Shown: positions 20,393 to 30,899, counted from the whole stretch's first letter. The stretch: 62,951 bases of DNA, filler included, from Chlamydiia bacterium (GCA_903848235.1; 5 parts of 5 records of this genome joined end to end with filler, not necessarily neighbours in it), one strand, 5' to 3'. Notes: generated by a model not told the origin, from the sequence alone. Made by a program: numbers and translations.

Positions 20393-21642
20393 AAAACATA
20401 TTCGTTCAGAATTGGCAGAGGAAGCTGATCTCTGTCCTTGCTGCTATTGTCATCTGGACTATTGTGAGTTCCTCGATTACCTCTACCCGTGTGTTCACAC
20501 GCATCCCTGTGCGTATCGTCAACCTTCCTGCCAACAAAACGATCCATGGCCTGATGCCTGATGGTTTTCTCGATAAACGGATTACTGTGACGCTGACAGG
20601 GGCAAAGGATGTGATCGAGCGATTGGGGCCACAGGACTTTGAAGTGGTCATCGACGCCTCTGACAATGGCAATGAATGGGTTGCCAAGATCACCAAGAAC
20701 AATCTCCTCTGCTTCAACCCTGATATCCACCTTGTCCATGCAGTGCGGCAGCTCAGCCATTCTGAGCTTGTGATACGGTTGTGTCCACTTGTTACACAAA
20801 AGATACCGATCTTTGTTCGTCTGCCAAAGGGAGAGGCTCCCGAAGGCTATCAGTTTCTCGATGTGTGGCCGCAAAAACTCTACCATCTCATCTCTGGCCC
20901 TGAAGAGGATGTCAAACAGCTTCAGGAAGAAGGGCTTGAGCTGACCTTTGATCTTTCTTTGATTACTCCAGAACAGCTGGATGCTCTAAAAGGGGAGGGC
21001 CCTGGAGAGGATGAGGTGAGCTTTTTTATCCCAGAAGCATGGAAAAAGGTGCGCATTCCTTTTCTCCACGATGCTATCCAGCCTATCAATGGTCAAGAGG
21101 CTCGGCAACTGAGAATAGACTTTCTTCATAAAACTGAACTTCCCGTCGACGGGTCGATTCCTCTCAAGATCTTTTACCCCATTGCACTGCTCAAAACCCT
21201 CAATCCATCGACGCTGGTCCTAAAGCCCAATGAACTTGTCAAAAAGGATTTTGGCGTCTCCTATATCGATCAGCGGCTGTATGTCAATGCTGTCAGTCGT
21301 CTCTTCCTCGATATTGTGCGTGATCGATTAGAAATAGTGGTTGTCCCTGTGCCGAAAGACTCAGGGATTTCCTTTCTCTGGGATGTCCAATTCATCGATC
21401 CACATCAGCTCGAAGAGGCGTATGTGACGATTGCTCTTTCCAGTGAATTTGAGGGGGACTCACATCTAGGAAGTGCTAAAGCTGTTCGACAGCATCTGAT
21501 AGAGCGTGAAAAATATCTGCGCGCTCGCTTTCAGGAGTATGTGCGATCTTTTCAGCTATACAGGGCTAAAGATATTCCTCTTGCCTTGAATATCTCCCTC
21601 GACAGTGATGGGAACATCGTCGTCGAAGAGCCTTCTTTATGA
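20377..21642 (+). CDS. ybbR: YbbR/CdaR-like regulator of diadenylate cyclase
   Basis: NWQRKLISVLAAIVIW membrane anchor; overlaps dacA as in the chlamydial dacA-ybbR operon. Confidence 0.85.
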   Translation: METFLKNIFVQNWQRKLISVLAAIVIWTIVSSSITSTRVFTRIPVRIVNLPANKTIHGLMPDGFLDKRITVTLTGAKDVIERLGPQDFEVVIDASDNGNEWVAKITKNNLLCFNPDIHLVHAVRQLSHSELVIRLCPLVTQKIPIFVRLPKGEAPEGYQFLDVWPQKLYHLISGPEEDVKQLQEEGLELTFDLSLITPEQLDALKGEGPGEDEVSFFIPEAWKKVRIPFLHDAIQPINGQEARQLRIDFLHKTELPVDGSIPLKIFYPIALLKTLNPSTLVLKPNELVKKDFGVSYIDQRLYVNAVSRLFLDIVRDRLEIVVVPVPKDSGISFLWDVQFIDPHQLEEAYVTIALSSEFEGDSHLGSAKAVRQHLIEREKYLRARFQEYVRSFQLYRAKDIPLALNISLDSDGNIVVEEPSL

Positions 21643-22754
21643 AGCCCTTGAGGATTGCTCTGCTAAAAAGCACGCTCCATGCGTCAGGAGGGCTTGAAAA
21701 ATACTGTCTGCGCATCACTAATGCGCTCTTGCAACGAGGGCATGAGGTCACGATTCTGACTTCTTCTTCGCGTCATGACCTGCCGATGACGAAAGTCTGT
21801 CGCCGCCTCAAGCCATCAGCTCTCAACCTTGTCTGGTTTGACTACCACTGCCGACGGTATTTGAAGACACATACCTTTGATGTCATCTTTGGCTTTGACC
21901 GTCATTTTCTCCCTCTCACCCATTACAGAGCTGGCAATGGCTGCCATGCTGCCTATCTTGCTCGCCGTGCCAAAGAATCGTCGTTTTTAAAGAAGCTCTC
22001 CCTCCGTATCAATCCGCTTCATTATCTCACGCTTCTATCAGAGCGGTATACCTTTGAGAAGACACCTCCTGCCGCAATTATTTGTAACTCCCATCTCGTC
22101 GAGCGAGAGCTTCTGCACTATTACCCGCAGATCCCCCTCTCCAACCTCGTTGTCATCCATAACGGTGTTGAGTGGCATGACTTTGAGCCTCACTTTCAGG
22201 AGAAGATTGCCTCTCCGAAAGACCCGACAGCTCCTCCGCACCTGTTGTTTATAGGGCATGAATGGGAGCGGAAGGGGCTGGATCGACTTCTATTAGCGCT
22301 CAGTCTCATTAGGGAGCTTCCATTTCATCTTACAGCGGTTGGTAGAGAGCGCCATCCTCAGCGCTTTGAAACGTTAGCGAAGGCCCTTCATATCCATGAA
22401 AAAGTGACCTTTATACCCACAGCTCAAGCCTCTCTTCCCTACTACAAGGCAGCGCAGATTGCTCTTATCCCTTCGCGATATGATCCCTTTGCGAACGTGA
22501 CCCTCGAAGCGCTTGCCATGGGGCTTTTTGTCGTCACCACAGCGGCAAATGGGGGCTCTGAGGCGATCACTCCAAATCTCAATGGCGTGGTGCTGGATGA
22601 AGAATGCTCTGCTGCTGATTTGAGCCAAGCTATTGCCGCTGCGCTGCCTCGCTGTCAGGATCCAAAGCTTCCCGTTGCTATCCGTGATAGTGTTCGAGGG
22701 TATGACTTTTCGCAGAAACTTGAAGAGTATATTTCACTCATCGAAGGAAAATAG
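21639..22754 (+). CDS. Glycosyltransferase family 4 (WaaG/RfaG-like)
   Basis: GGLEKY, HNGV, RKGLD and PSRYDPFANVTLEALAMG motifs; ATGA overlap with ybbR. Confidence 0.9.
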   Translation: MKPLRIALLKSTLHASGGLEKYCLRITNALLQRGHEVTILTSSSRHDLPMTKVCRRLKPSALNLVWFDYHCRRYLKTHTFDVIFGFDRHFLPLTHYRAGNGCHAAYLARRAKESSFLKKLSLRINPLHYLTLLSERYTFEKTPPAAIICNSHLVERELLHYYPQIPLSNLVVIHNGVEWHDFEPHFQEKIASPKDPTAPPHLLFIGHEWERKGLDRLLLALSLIRELPFHLTAVGRERHPQRFETLAKALHIHEKVTFIPTAQASLPYYKAAQIALIPSRYDPFANVTLEALAMGLFVVTTAANGGSEAITPNLNGVVLDEECSAADLSQAIAAALPRCQDPKLPVAIRDSVRGYDFSQKLEEYISLIEGK

Positions 22755-23897
22755 TTTTTTCCCCATCTCCAGATACGACGGTCCACGCGCTTTGATAAAA
22801 GCACCTCCAAGGCAGCTTTGGCCATCATAAAAGACAACGGCTTGCTGAGGGGTGATGGCACGCTGCGGGGTGTCAAAAGAGACGATTAAAGTGTCTGCCT
22901 CGCCTTGTCGTACAACGCAGTGCTGATCTGGCTGGCGATATCGGATTTTGGCTGTGCAGCGCACGGGAAGAGCAGGGGGTTCTCCTCGTATCCAGTGTGC
23001 CTCTTTTGCGGTGAGCTCATCGGCAAAGAGGCTTGGGTGTTGGGCTCCTTGTACGATGATCAGCTGGTTTGATGCTACATCCTTTCCTGCCACAAACCAC
23101 GCCTCTCCATCTCCTCCGATGCCGAGTCCTTTCCGCTGGCCAATGGTGTAGTAAGGCAGGCCGCAGTGCTTTCCGAGGAAGCGCCCTTCTGGAGTTCTCA
23201 TGTCGCCAGGAGTGTTTCCTAGATACGGTTTCAAAAAGTCTTTAAACTTCCTCTCTCCAATGAAGCAGATTCCCGTGCTGTCTTTCTTATCAGCAACGGG
23301 CAATGACAGCGCTCTGGCGATCTTCCTCACCTCAAGTTTATTCAGGTGTGAGAGGGGAAAGATCGTCTTACTGAGTGAGGCTTGTGTTGCAGTGTAAAGA
23401 AAATAGGTTTGATCTTTCGTTGAGTCTAAAGCGCGTTCGAGCAGAAATCCTTCAGGAGTAGATCTATTAGAGGCGTAGTGGCCTGTTGCTAAGGCAGCAC
23501 CTCCAATGCCAAGTGCTTTATCAAGAAGCTTTTTAAACTTGACCTCTCGATTGCAGAGGACATCAGGGTTTGGGGTGAGTCCTTCTTTCAGCTCCTGTAA
23601 GAAGTGCTCAAACACCTCTTCCCAATATTCTTTCGTAAAGTTGACGGTATAGAAGGGGATGCCGATGACCTTTGCCACTTGGGCGACGTCGCGAGCGTCA
23701 GCTTCTGCAGGGCATGCGTCACCGGACTCTTCTTCCCAATTCTTCATAAACAGGCCGACGACGTCATACCCTTTGGCTTTGAGAAGCGCGGCAGAGACGG
23801 CGGAGTCAACACCCCCTGACATGCCAACGACGATGCGCCCCTGATCGATGTGGGAGTGAACCTGCTCGAGTGCTGAGTCAATTTCTTGAGAATACAT
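22734..23897 (-). CDS. mnmA: tRNA-specific 2-thiouridylase
   Basis: MSGGVDS, TPNPDVLCN, ATGHY, KDQTYFL and DSTGICFIG motifs. Confidence 0.98.
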   Translation of the reverse strand: MYSQEIDSALEQVHSHIDQGRIVVGMSGGVDSAVSAALLKAKGYDVVGLFMKNWEEESGDACPAEADARDVAQVAKVIGIPFYTVNFTKEYWEEVFEHFLQELKEGLTPNPDVLCNREVKFKKLLDKALGIGGAALATGHYASNRSTPEGFLLERALDSTKDQTYFLYTATQASLSKTIFPLSHLNKLEVRKIARALSLPVADKKDSTGICFIGERKFKDFLKPYLGNTPGDMRTPEGRFLGKHCGLPYYTIGQRKGLGIGGDGEAWFVAGKDVASNQLIIVQGAQHPSLFADELTAKEAHWIRGEPPALPVRCTAKIRYRQPDQHCVVRQGEADTLIVSFDTPQRAITPQQAVVFYDGQSCLGGAFIKARGPSYLEMGKKLFSFDE

Positions 23898-23912
23898 CGC
23901 TGTACGATCCCT

Positions 23913-24722
23913 TTAGGGCTGGGGGCTTTGTTGGCGTCGGCGCAGCTCTTCTGCTCCTTCCTGCACGAGGCCTCCTATGACCCGTAACATCACAATTCTC
24001 ATCATTCCGAGAAGATTAGTCGGTCTGGGACCGACTTGCTCTCTGTAGTCCAATCCAAGAGCCGCTTGACGCTCCCTATTCTCTACCCATATGAGAGATA
24101 ATAGATCGGCCGTCGCGTGAACGGTTATTTGTTCTACTTCAGCAGTGGGCCTGTTGTCTAATTGAGGAAGTTGAAATCGCATGACCATCCTGGTGGCCTG
24201 CCCATGTCTTTCCAAAAAGGATATCTGCTGTCGAAGACTCTCTTCTTCTGAGACCACGTGGGCTTCCGAATCTGGGAGGGGTGCGTGAGCTTTGTGCATG
24301 GTTTTCAAGTGGGCATCTGCCTCATCCATTGTTTTCTGTTGCTGCTCGATGTATGTCTGCCCGGCCTTTTCGTCTTTTTCCAACAGCTCAAGCTGTTGTA
24401 TCTTAGCGGCTATGCGGTCTCGAATGATCGAACGAAATTCTTCGAAATTTTCGCGTGTGGCGTACATCTCTGGCTCTTTGAGCATCTCTGTTAGATCTTC
24501 GATGCAGCCAGAGATTCCATCATGACCCGGTTCAAGTTTGGGAGTAGTTTCGCATGAGGTAAGGAGAGGGCGCAACGCCGATGCAAAAAGAGAAAATGTT
24601 CTTTGATCCTGAATTTGGACGGCGCGAAGCTTGTCATTGATAAGCTCGACATATTGTGTGCGCTCTCGTTCTGAGAAATGGGCGGCACATGCGGCTGCGG
24701 CTTGCATATTGTTTTTCTCCAA
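23913..24722 (-). CDS. Hypothetical coiled-coil protein (start uncertain)
   Basis: 269-aa ORF rich in helical Glu/Gln; no recognised motif. Confidence 0.6.
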   Translation of the reverse strand: MEKNNMQAAAACAAHFSERERTQYVELINDKLRAVQIQDQRTFSLFASALRPLLTSCETTPKLEPGHDGISGCIEDLTEMLKEPEMYATRENFEEFRSIIRDRIAAKIQQLELLEKDEKAGQTYIEQQQKTMDEADAHLKTMHKAHAPLPDSEAHVVSEEESLRQQISFLERHGQATRMVMRFQLPQLDNRPTAEVEQITVHATADLLSLIWVENRERQAALGLDYREQVGPRPTNLLGMMRIVMLRVIGGLVQEGAEELRRRQQSPQP

Positions 24723-25107
24723 ATTTTATGTGGCTATTATTTTTTTCATAAAACCGTTGTGAACAAATTTATAGCATAATGCAATAGTTGTCTCTCCATA
24801 TTGTTGGTGCAATTTAGACTTTTCAGTTTTGTGTAACACCGACTTTGCAAATTCGGGGGAACTCCTTATCCATAAGTCACAAATGGGCTAGCACCAAACA
24901 ACATGTCTTGCAATCCTGGTTGGGAATATTTGAATCATCGAGAACATAGAGAGAGAATTATGGTCTCATGCGACGCAATCCATACCTTCACTGGACTTTA
25001 TTACTTTCCTGGAGCGACCGATTAAGTTCAGAGGATGAGAAAATTTTGCTGACAAAAAGGTAGAGTCTGACAAAAAATTTCGTGACTTTCTGAAAAAAGG
25101 ACATGAT

Positions 25108-25190
25108 ATGCAGACTCTGCCTGAGGCAATTGTATCAATCATCAGATCTTTTTCCAGCTTATTTTCTCGCTCCGTTTTCTCTCACCCTGC
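25108..25190 (+). pseudogene. Possible N-terminal remnant of an IS701/DDE-type transposase
   Basis: ATG after AAGGA reads MQTLPEAIVSIIRSFSSLFSRSVFSH and then stops; resembles transposase starts of the LP..I..L..F..LFS..V type. Confidence 0.4.
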
Positions 25191-25329
25191 TGTAAACCAG
25201 GGTTGTAAGGGTGGTCTCTTCTATTGAGAGACAACTTTTCTCAACAGCCTCGTGTCGCAATAACCGAGCATAGCCAAAAGCACAATAAGCCAATTTTTTC
25301 ATTTACGAAGGATATAGAAGAGAAAAACA

Positions 25330-25368
25330 ACCCTGCATTTTCAAGATTTCATCTTGAAAATGCAGGGT
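25330..25368. promoter_or_regulatory. Perfect 18-bp inverted repeat upstream of AAA ATPase (putative operator)
   Basis: ACCCTGCATTTTCAAGAT-TTC-ATCTTGAAAATGCAGGGT, ending 44 nt before the ATG; no U-tract. Confidence 0.55.
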
Positions 25369-25412
25369 CTTTGCGATACAATACGACATAAAGTGACAAA
25401 AGGAATAGTTGT

Positions 25413-26585
25413 ATGTATATACACCGCACCTTAGAAAAAGCCCTCAAAGAGGCGTTGGAGCAATTTCCAGTTGTGCTTGTCACCGGTCCACGGCAGTCAG
25501 GAAAAACAACTTTTTTGCAGCATAGCTTAAAAGAATATAATTACGTCACTTTTGACGACATCCTGCTACGCAATTTAGCTGAATCTGATCCTGTTCTCTT
25601 TCTAAAGACGTATGCCCCTCCTCTTATTTTGGATGAGATTCAGTATATTCCTTCCTTGCTTTCGCATATTAAAATGATCGTTGATGCAGATAGACGAAAG
25701 TATGGGCAGTACGTGCTCACGGGTTCTCAGATTTTCCCCCTCATGAAAGGTGTTTCGGAATCCTTAGCTGGTAGAATTGCTATTTTTCAACTATTTCCCT
25801 TGAGCTGGAAAGAGCTCCACTCTTTAAATCTGTTAGATGAAAAAACCGTTTTAGAGAACATGTTGAAGGGATTTTATCCGGAATTTCAAGTCCAACCAAA
25901 CCTGAATCCTAAATTTTGGCATAGTGCGTATCTTTCAACGTATCTAGAACGAGATCTGAGATTGATGAGAAATATTCAGAATCTTGGGCAATTTCAACAG
26001 TTCCTTGTGTTGCTTGCGGCTCGAGCGGGACAAATCTTGAATCTCAGTGAAGTTGGAAAAGAATGTGGCATTTCTCAGACAACCGCCAAAGATTGGCTCA
26101 CGCTTCTCCAGGCAACCTCAATTGTTTATCTTCTCGAGCCCTATGCAAAAAACATGACAAAACGGGTCGTGAAGTCCCCCAAGCTTTTCTTTGCCGATAC
26201 CGGGCTTCTCTGCTATCTTTTTCGCATCGAAAGCGTTGATCAGTTGGTTCACTCTCCGTTTAGAGGCCACATTTTTGAAAATATGGTAATCATGGAGGTA
26301 GTAAAATGCTTTGCTGGAAGGGGAGAAAGAGCTCCGTGTTATTTTTACAGGACCTCATCTGGTCTTGAAATTGATCTACTTCTAGATCATGGTGATCATC
26401 TCAGTGCTTATGAGATCAAATTTTCATCGACACCGACGATTGGGATGGCAAAATCGCTGATTCAATTCAAAAACGAATATCCAGTCAAACATGCCGCACT
26501 TTTAACGCTCTGTTCAAAGCACCTGCCATTTTCGCATGGTGTTTCTTCGGAACATTGGAGCAAAATCAGCTCGTTTTTGTTATAA
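25413..26585 (+). CDS. AAA_14 ATPase with DUF4143 domain
   Basis: GPRQSGKT, LILDEIQ, LTGS, ESLAGR, KSPKLFFADTGL, FENMV and EIDLL..YEIK motifs. Confidence 0.93.
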   Translation: MYIHRTLEKALKEALEQFPVVLVTGPRQSGKTTFLQHSLKEYNYVTFDDILLRNLAESDPVLFLKTYAPPLILDEIQYIPSLLSHIKMIVDADRRKYGQYVLTGSQIFPLMKGVSESLAGRIAIFQLFPLSWKELHSLNLLDEKTVLENMLKGFYPEFQVQPNLNPKFWHSAYLSTYLERDLRLMRNIQNLGQFQQFLVLLAARAGQILNLSEVGKECGISQTTAKDWLTLLQATSIVYLLEPYAKNMTKRVVKSPKLFFADTGLLCYLFRIESVDQLVHSPFRGHIFENMVIMEVVKCFAGRGERAPCYFYRTSSGLEIDLLLDHGDHLSAYEIKFSSTPTIGMAKSLIQFKNEYPVKHAALLTLCSKHLPFSHGVSSEHWSKISSFLL

Positions 26586-26619
26586 GTAAGGGTTAGCAAC
26601 TGCTCCATAAAGTCCAGTG

Positions 26620-26746
26620 TATACCTCTTCTTGTTCAAGAATCGGATTTCACGCTTAGAAAAAGTCCGCAGATTCGATTGGCAAAAACAGACCCGCTACT
26701 AGAAGTAGGGGTTGTTTTTACCGACTCGAAGATGCGGAATTTTTTC
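26620..26746. repeat. Palindromic MITE-like element, family B (partial)
   Basis: Starts TATACCTCTTCTTGTTC..GAATCGGATTTCAC like 12482; centre matches 10199-10276. Confidence 0.85.
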
Positions 26747-26790
26747 GATGGCTGGTATGCGACTTTCAATTGGAAGCGGTATGCATTCCC

Positions 26791-27501
26791 TTAACGCACA
26801 ACTGCTTTCTTCCGTGATTTCTTTCCTTTGTTGCCAAAGGAATCGAGTTCAGACAGATCATGCCGGGTTTTGATTACCAGCTGTTCTAATGGCCGCGATG
26901 GTTCTTTGCGCTGCATAGCTAATCGATTCAGGTCCATTTCGAGCTGGCTGAGGAGGTGGAGGACAGCGTCTACTTCCCCCTTATGGCAGGCGTTGCGAGC
27001 CTGGGGTTGATATAAGGATATCAAGCCGACGACCCCGTCTTTCTCTGTCATATCTAATGAAGAGGTTCTCACTCTCATCTCATTGAAAAAGTGATTGAGC
27101 CGTTCCATGAACTTGTCTTCAGAGTTTTTGAAGTTCTCCTTCGCTTTTCGAACCTGACTTTTTAGGTCTTTTGGAAGCTCATCAAAGTGTCCCCATTCTT
27201 CGATCACCGTTCCGATGGTAATCCCCAGTTCAGGGTGTAAGATTCGAGGAGATTTGAGATTCGAGGCTGAGACAAAGGTCTTTGCTATCGATACCGATTC
27301 ATTCCACTCGCCAGCGATAAGTCCAAAATGATTCGTATAATCCTCTTGCCGCATTCTTCGAAAAGCCATTACAAGGTCAGTCATCTGTAGCTGGCTTGGC
27401 ATTGGCTCTATCCCAAGTCGGCCTTTTGCTAGTTGGGAGGCATTGACAAACAACGATTCGCAAAAAAGAACGGGGTTGAATTCTACTATCGGCGTGGTCA
27501 T
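26791..27501 (-). CDS. Hypothetical protein with basic C-terminal tail
   Basis: ATG 27501 after AGGAGAG; ends KGKKSRKKAVVR. Confidence 0.65.
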   Translation of the reverse strand: MTTPIVEFNPVLFCESLFVNASQLAKGRLGIEPMPSQLQMTDLVMAFRRMRQEDYTNHFGLIAGEWNESVSIAKTFVSASNLKSPRILHPELGITIGTVIEEWGHFDELPKDLKSQVRKAKENFKNSEDKFMERLNHFFNEMRVRTSSLDMTEKDGVVGLISLYQPQARNACHKGEVDAVLHLLSQLEMDLNRLAMQRKEPSRPLEQLVIKTRHDLSELDSFGNKGKKSRKKAVVR

Positions 27502-27803
27502 GGTCACTCTCCTTAGGTCAAAAAAAAACATCAACCCCAGAAGTACCACTACCATCTATTTTTTTTCACGATATTCTGAAGGGCGGGTCAAATTTTTGAA
27601 GGAATGGATAGGTAGCCGGCTGCATTCATCATTGTCAGAATTGTATGTTTTCAGTAACGATACCTGTAGTTGTACTAGTGCGATATAGAGGTGGCGATCC
27701 TCTCTTTTTTCAGGTTATGAACTTTAGATCAAAGGAGTAAGTAGTAGTTCTTCATGGGCTCCCTTTCAGGGTTGTTTTTGTGGAAGAACACTCTACATAC
27801 CAG

Positions 27804-29570
27804 ATGAGAACACGTACCAAAATTATCTGTACGATTGGCCCTTCGGTGAACAGTGTGGAGAGCATGATTCAGCTGATTCAGAATGGGATGGATGTTGCGC
27901 GGCTGAACTTTAGCCACGGAACGCACGAGGAACATCGAAGTACTATCGAAAAGCTCAAAGAGGCTCGCAAACGCTGTTCTCGTCCTCTCGGAATCATGAT
28001 AGACACGAAGGGGCCGGAGATCAGGACAGGAGCTGTCATGGAAGGCGGCATTCTAGTACGGCAAGGCAGTCGCCTTACCCTGGTGAAAGATTCTGTCGAA
28101 GGGAATGAAGAGGTGTTAACCGTTCGCCCTGGCGTGGTGTTAGATTTCCTGAAAATAGGAACGCCTATTCTCATCGACAATGGATATATCCAATCTCATG
28201 TTGTTGAAGTGACGCCGCAAGGCGTGGTCGTCGAGTTTGATAATGCCGGGACGATCCTCTCGTCGAAAGGGGTAAATATCCCAACGATTGAAGTCCCTCT
28301 TCCGACACTGACGGAGAAAGATATTGCTGATATTCATTTTGGCTGTGAGGAAGGTGCTGAGATTATCGCCGCATCGTTCATTCGAAATGCTGAAAACGTG
28401 CTGGAAATTAAACGATTGCTGTCGAAGTTCAAACGTCCTGACATGCAGGTGCTGGCAAAAATAGAAAGCACGGAAGGCGTTCATAATTTCGAGAGCATCC
28501 TTCAAGTGGCGGACGGCATCATGGTCGCACGGGGAGATCTTGGCGTAGAAGTGCCGTTAAGCCAAGTCCCACGCCTTCAAAAAATGATGATCCGCAAGTG
28601 TAACTTTGTCGGGAAGCCTGTCGTGACGGCCACACAGATGCTTGAGTCGATGATGAACAATCCGCGGCCTACAAGAGCTGAAGTATCCGACGTTGCCAAT
28701 GCGATCTATGATGGCACATCGGCGGTGATGCTTTCTGGTGAGACAGCAGTGGGAAGCTATCCTCAAGAGACCGTCAGTATCATGCGGCGTATCATTTCAG
28801 AGGCAGAGCAGGATTTTGACTATCGTTCATTTTTTGAAACTCATGCAAAAATGACCTATCATGACATCCCATCGGCTCTCACCCTTGCCAGTGTAAAAAC
28901 AGCATATAGCCTCGAAGCAAAGGCTATTTTTACATTCTCTCATAGCGGATCTACAGCGCGCCTTCTCGCCCGCCTTAAGCCAAAGATGCCAATCGTTGCA
29001 CTGACAACTGATGAGGCGACCTACAACCAGCTGGCACTGTCGTGGGGTGTCATTCCTGTCTTATGTGACAAGCCATGTGCGAGTGTTGACGAAGCGTTTC
29101 AGTACGCTAGCCAATGTGGGTTAGCACTTGGCATTGTCACCTATGGCGATCTTGTGGTTTTGACTGCTGGCTCACCATTATGGGTGCCAGGGACTAGCAA
29201 CACCATTCTTGTCGATAGTATAGGAGATGTCCTGGTACGAGGGGCTCATGGTGTCGGCGAGAGGGTCCATGGTGTCGTGGCCTTTGTGCCCAGTGTTAAT
29301 GGCGGCAAGCCCTATGCCGTTCGCGGCTGTATCGTTGTGCTCTCTTCTTTTGACGAGAGCTTTACCCCTCTTATCCACGAAGCTGCGGGTATTATTCTCC
29401 AGAACGCCCCTGATGACACCTGCTCTGAACCTCTGTTATTAGAAGCCTGTCAGCGTGAAGGGAAAACAGCGATCACTGGTGTAGATGGAGCGTTTCGAAT
29501 TCTGAGGGAAAAACAGCTCATTACGTTAGATCCGTACAAGGCCATCGTGTATAAAGGCGTGGTACGATAG
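27804..29570 (+). CDS. pyk: Pyruvate kinase with C-terminal PEP-utilising-like extension
   Basis: RTKIICTIGP, RLNFSHG, MVARGDLG, TATQMLESM and MLSGETA motifs. Confidence 0.98.
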   Translation: MRTRTKIICTIGPSVNSVESMIQLIQNGMDVARLNFSHGTHEEHRSTIEKLKEARKRCSRPLGIMIDTKGPEIRTGAVMEGGILVRQGSRLTLVKDSVEGNEEVLTVRPGVVLDFLKIGTPILIDNGYIQSHVVEVTPQGVVVEFDNAGTILSSKGVNIPTIEVPLPTLTEKDIADIHFGCEEGAEIIAASFIRNAENVLEIKRLLSKFKRPDMQVLAKIESTEGVHNFESILQVADGIMVARGDLGVEVPLSQVPRLQKMMIRKCNFVGKPVVTATQMLESMMNNPRPTRAEVSDVANAIYDGTSAVMLSGETAVGSYPQETVSIMRRIISEAEQDFDYRSFFETHAKMTYHDIPSALTLASVKTAYSLEAKAIFTFSHSGSTARLLARLKPKMPIVALTTDEATYNQLALSWGVIPVLCDKPCASVDEAFQYASQCGLALGIVTYGDLVVLTAGSPLWVPGTSNTILVDSIGDVLVRGAHGVGERVHGVVAFVPSVNGGKPYAVRGCIVVLSSFDESFTPLIHEAAGIILQNAPDDTCSEPLLLEACQREGKTAITGVDGAFRILREKQLITLDPYKAIVYKGVVR

Positions 29571-29586
29571 AAACGATCTGCAAAGA

Positions 29587-30324
29587 ATGGATAGGATAAT
29601 CATGACACGCCTTCGCTTTTTCATAGATGTTGATGGATTTACAGTTGGTGAAACGGTTTTTTTGGAAGGCGCTGAGTTCCATCATCTACGAGGCGTGGTG
29701 CGGATTGCTGAAGGAGAAGAGGTTTTTCTCGTCAACGGCAGGGGCTGGGTTGCCAAGGGCACTGTGGAAGCTGTTGAGCGGCATCGATGTGTCATCCGTA
29801 TTCTTTCTTCAGAGCATACTCAAGCGCCGTCAGCCAAGCTCTTTTTAGGGGTAAGCCTTCTTCGGCCAAATCACCTAGACTTTGCCATTGAGAAGGGGTG
29901 CGAAGTTGGAGTTGATCAGTTTGTTCTCTTCCCGGCTGATAAATCAGAGAGGAAAGAGAGCTCTCCTGCACTGCGCCGCCGCCTCGACTCAATCATCACA
30001 GCTGCTATGAAGCAATCAGGACGGGTCTTCCGCCCAGAAGTACAAGAGGCGTCGTCACTTAAAGAGGCTCTTCTTCTGCTTCCCTCTCCCCGCCTGTTCG
30101 CAGACCTTCATGAAGGAGCAGTCCTCCTTTCGAAGCGGTTAGAAGAGCTTTCCAAGGAGAATCCGCTTTCTCTTTTGATTGGGCCAGAGAGCGGGTGGAG
30201 TGATGATGAGAGAAAACTCCTTCTCGTAGAAGGGCCTCCCGTTCTTCTTCATACAAACGTCCTTCGAGCAGAGACGGCAGCCATCGTTGCAGCATATACA
30301 GCTTCACTCTGGTTTCAATCCTAA
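29587..30324 (+). CDS. rsmE: 16S rRNA m3U1498 methyltransferase
   Basis: HHL..VVRI, EKGCEVG, AMKQS.R, IGPESGWS and LRAETAA motifs. Confidence 0.93.
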   Translation: MDRIIMTRLRFFIDVDGFTVGETVFLEGAEFHHLRGVVRIAEGEEVFLVNGRGWVAKGTVEAVERHRCVIRILSSEHTQAPSAKLFLGVSLLRPNHLDFAIEKGCEVGVDQFVLFPADKSERKESSPALRRRLDSIITAAMKQSGRVFRPEVQEASSLKEALLLLPSPRLFADLHEGAVLLSKRLEELSKENPLSLLIGPESGWSDDERKLLLVEGPPVLLHTNVLRAETAAIVAAYTASLWFQS

Positions 30325-30416
30325 GCATAAAATCGGTTTTTCGGGTATGCTCGTGCTTTTTGCGAGCTTTTTGCAGCAAGCAAGGTTCTTATAACTAACA
30401 TACGGTCTATTTCCCA

Positions 30417-30899
30417 ATGACGCTTGATCCATATAAACAACGAGAACTTGTTTTTCTCCTCCTGTATAGCTTTGATATGGGACAAGACATCCTATCGAGT
30501 GATATTGTTGAGCTTGTGAAAGACGAATGTAAGGTAGCGAAAAAATACGTCGTTGAGGCGAGAGGGCGTGTAGAAACGATACTCAAAGTACGAGAAGCAT
30601 GTGATACGCTGATCGCGAAGGTGTGCACAGACTATAAGATTGAGCGTATTCAAAGTGTGGAGAGAAATATCATACGGCTGGCGATTTTTGAATTAATTCT
30701 TGAGCAAGAGCTCCCTCCAAAGGTCGTTTTTGCTGAAGCAAAGAGGCTCGCTAAAAAATTTTCTACAGAAGAGTCGTCCAACTTTGTCCATGCACTTTTA
30801 GCCGCTGCTTCTACGCTGTCCGGCATGTCCGTTGAAGGCGAGGCACCGGATCTTAAAGAGGCCTATCAAGTTCTGAGCGAAGCGATCGAAAAAAGCTGA
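30417..30899 (+). CDS. nusB: Transcription antitermination factor NusB
   Basis: RELVFLLLY, ERNIIRLAIFE and EAKRLAKKFS..FV motifs. Confidence 0.92.
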   Translation: MTLDPYKQRELVFLLLYSFDMGQDILSSDIVELVKDECKVAKKYVVEARGRVETILKVREACDTLIAKVCTDYKIERIQSVERNIIRLAIFELILEQELPPKVVFAEAKRLAKKFSTEESSNFVHALLAAASTLSGMSVEGEAPDLKEAYQVLSEAIEKS

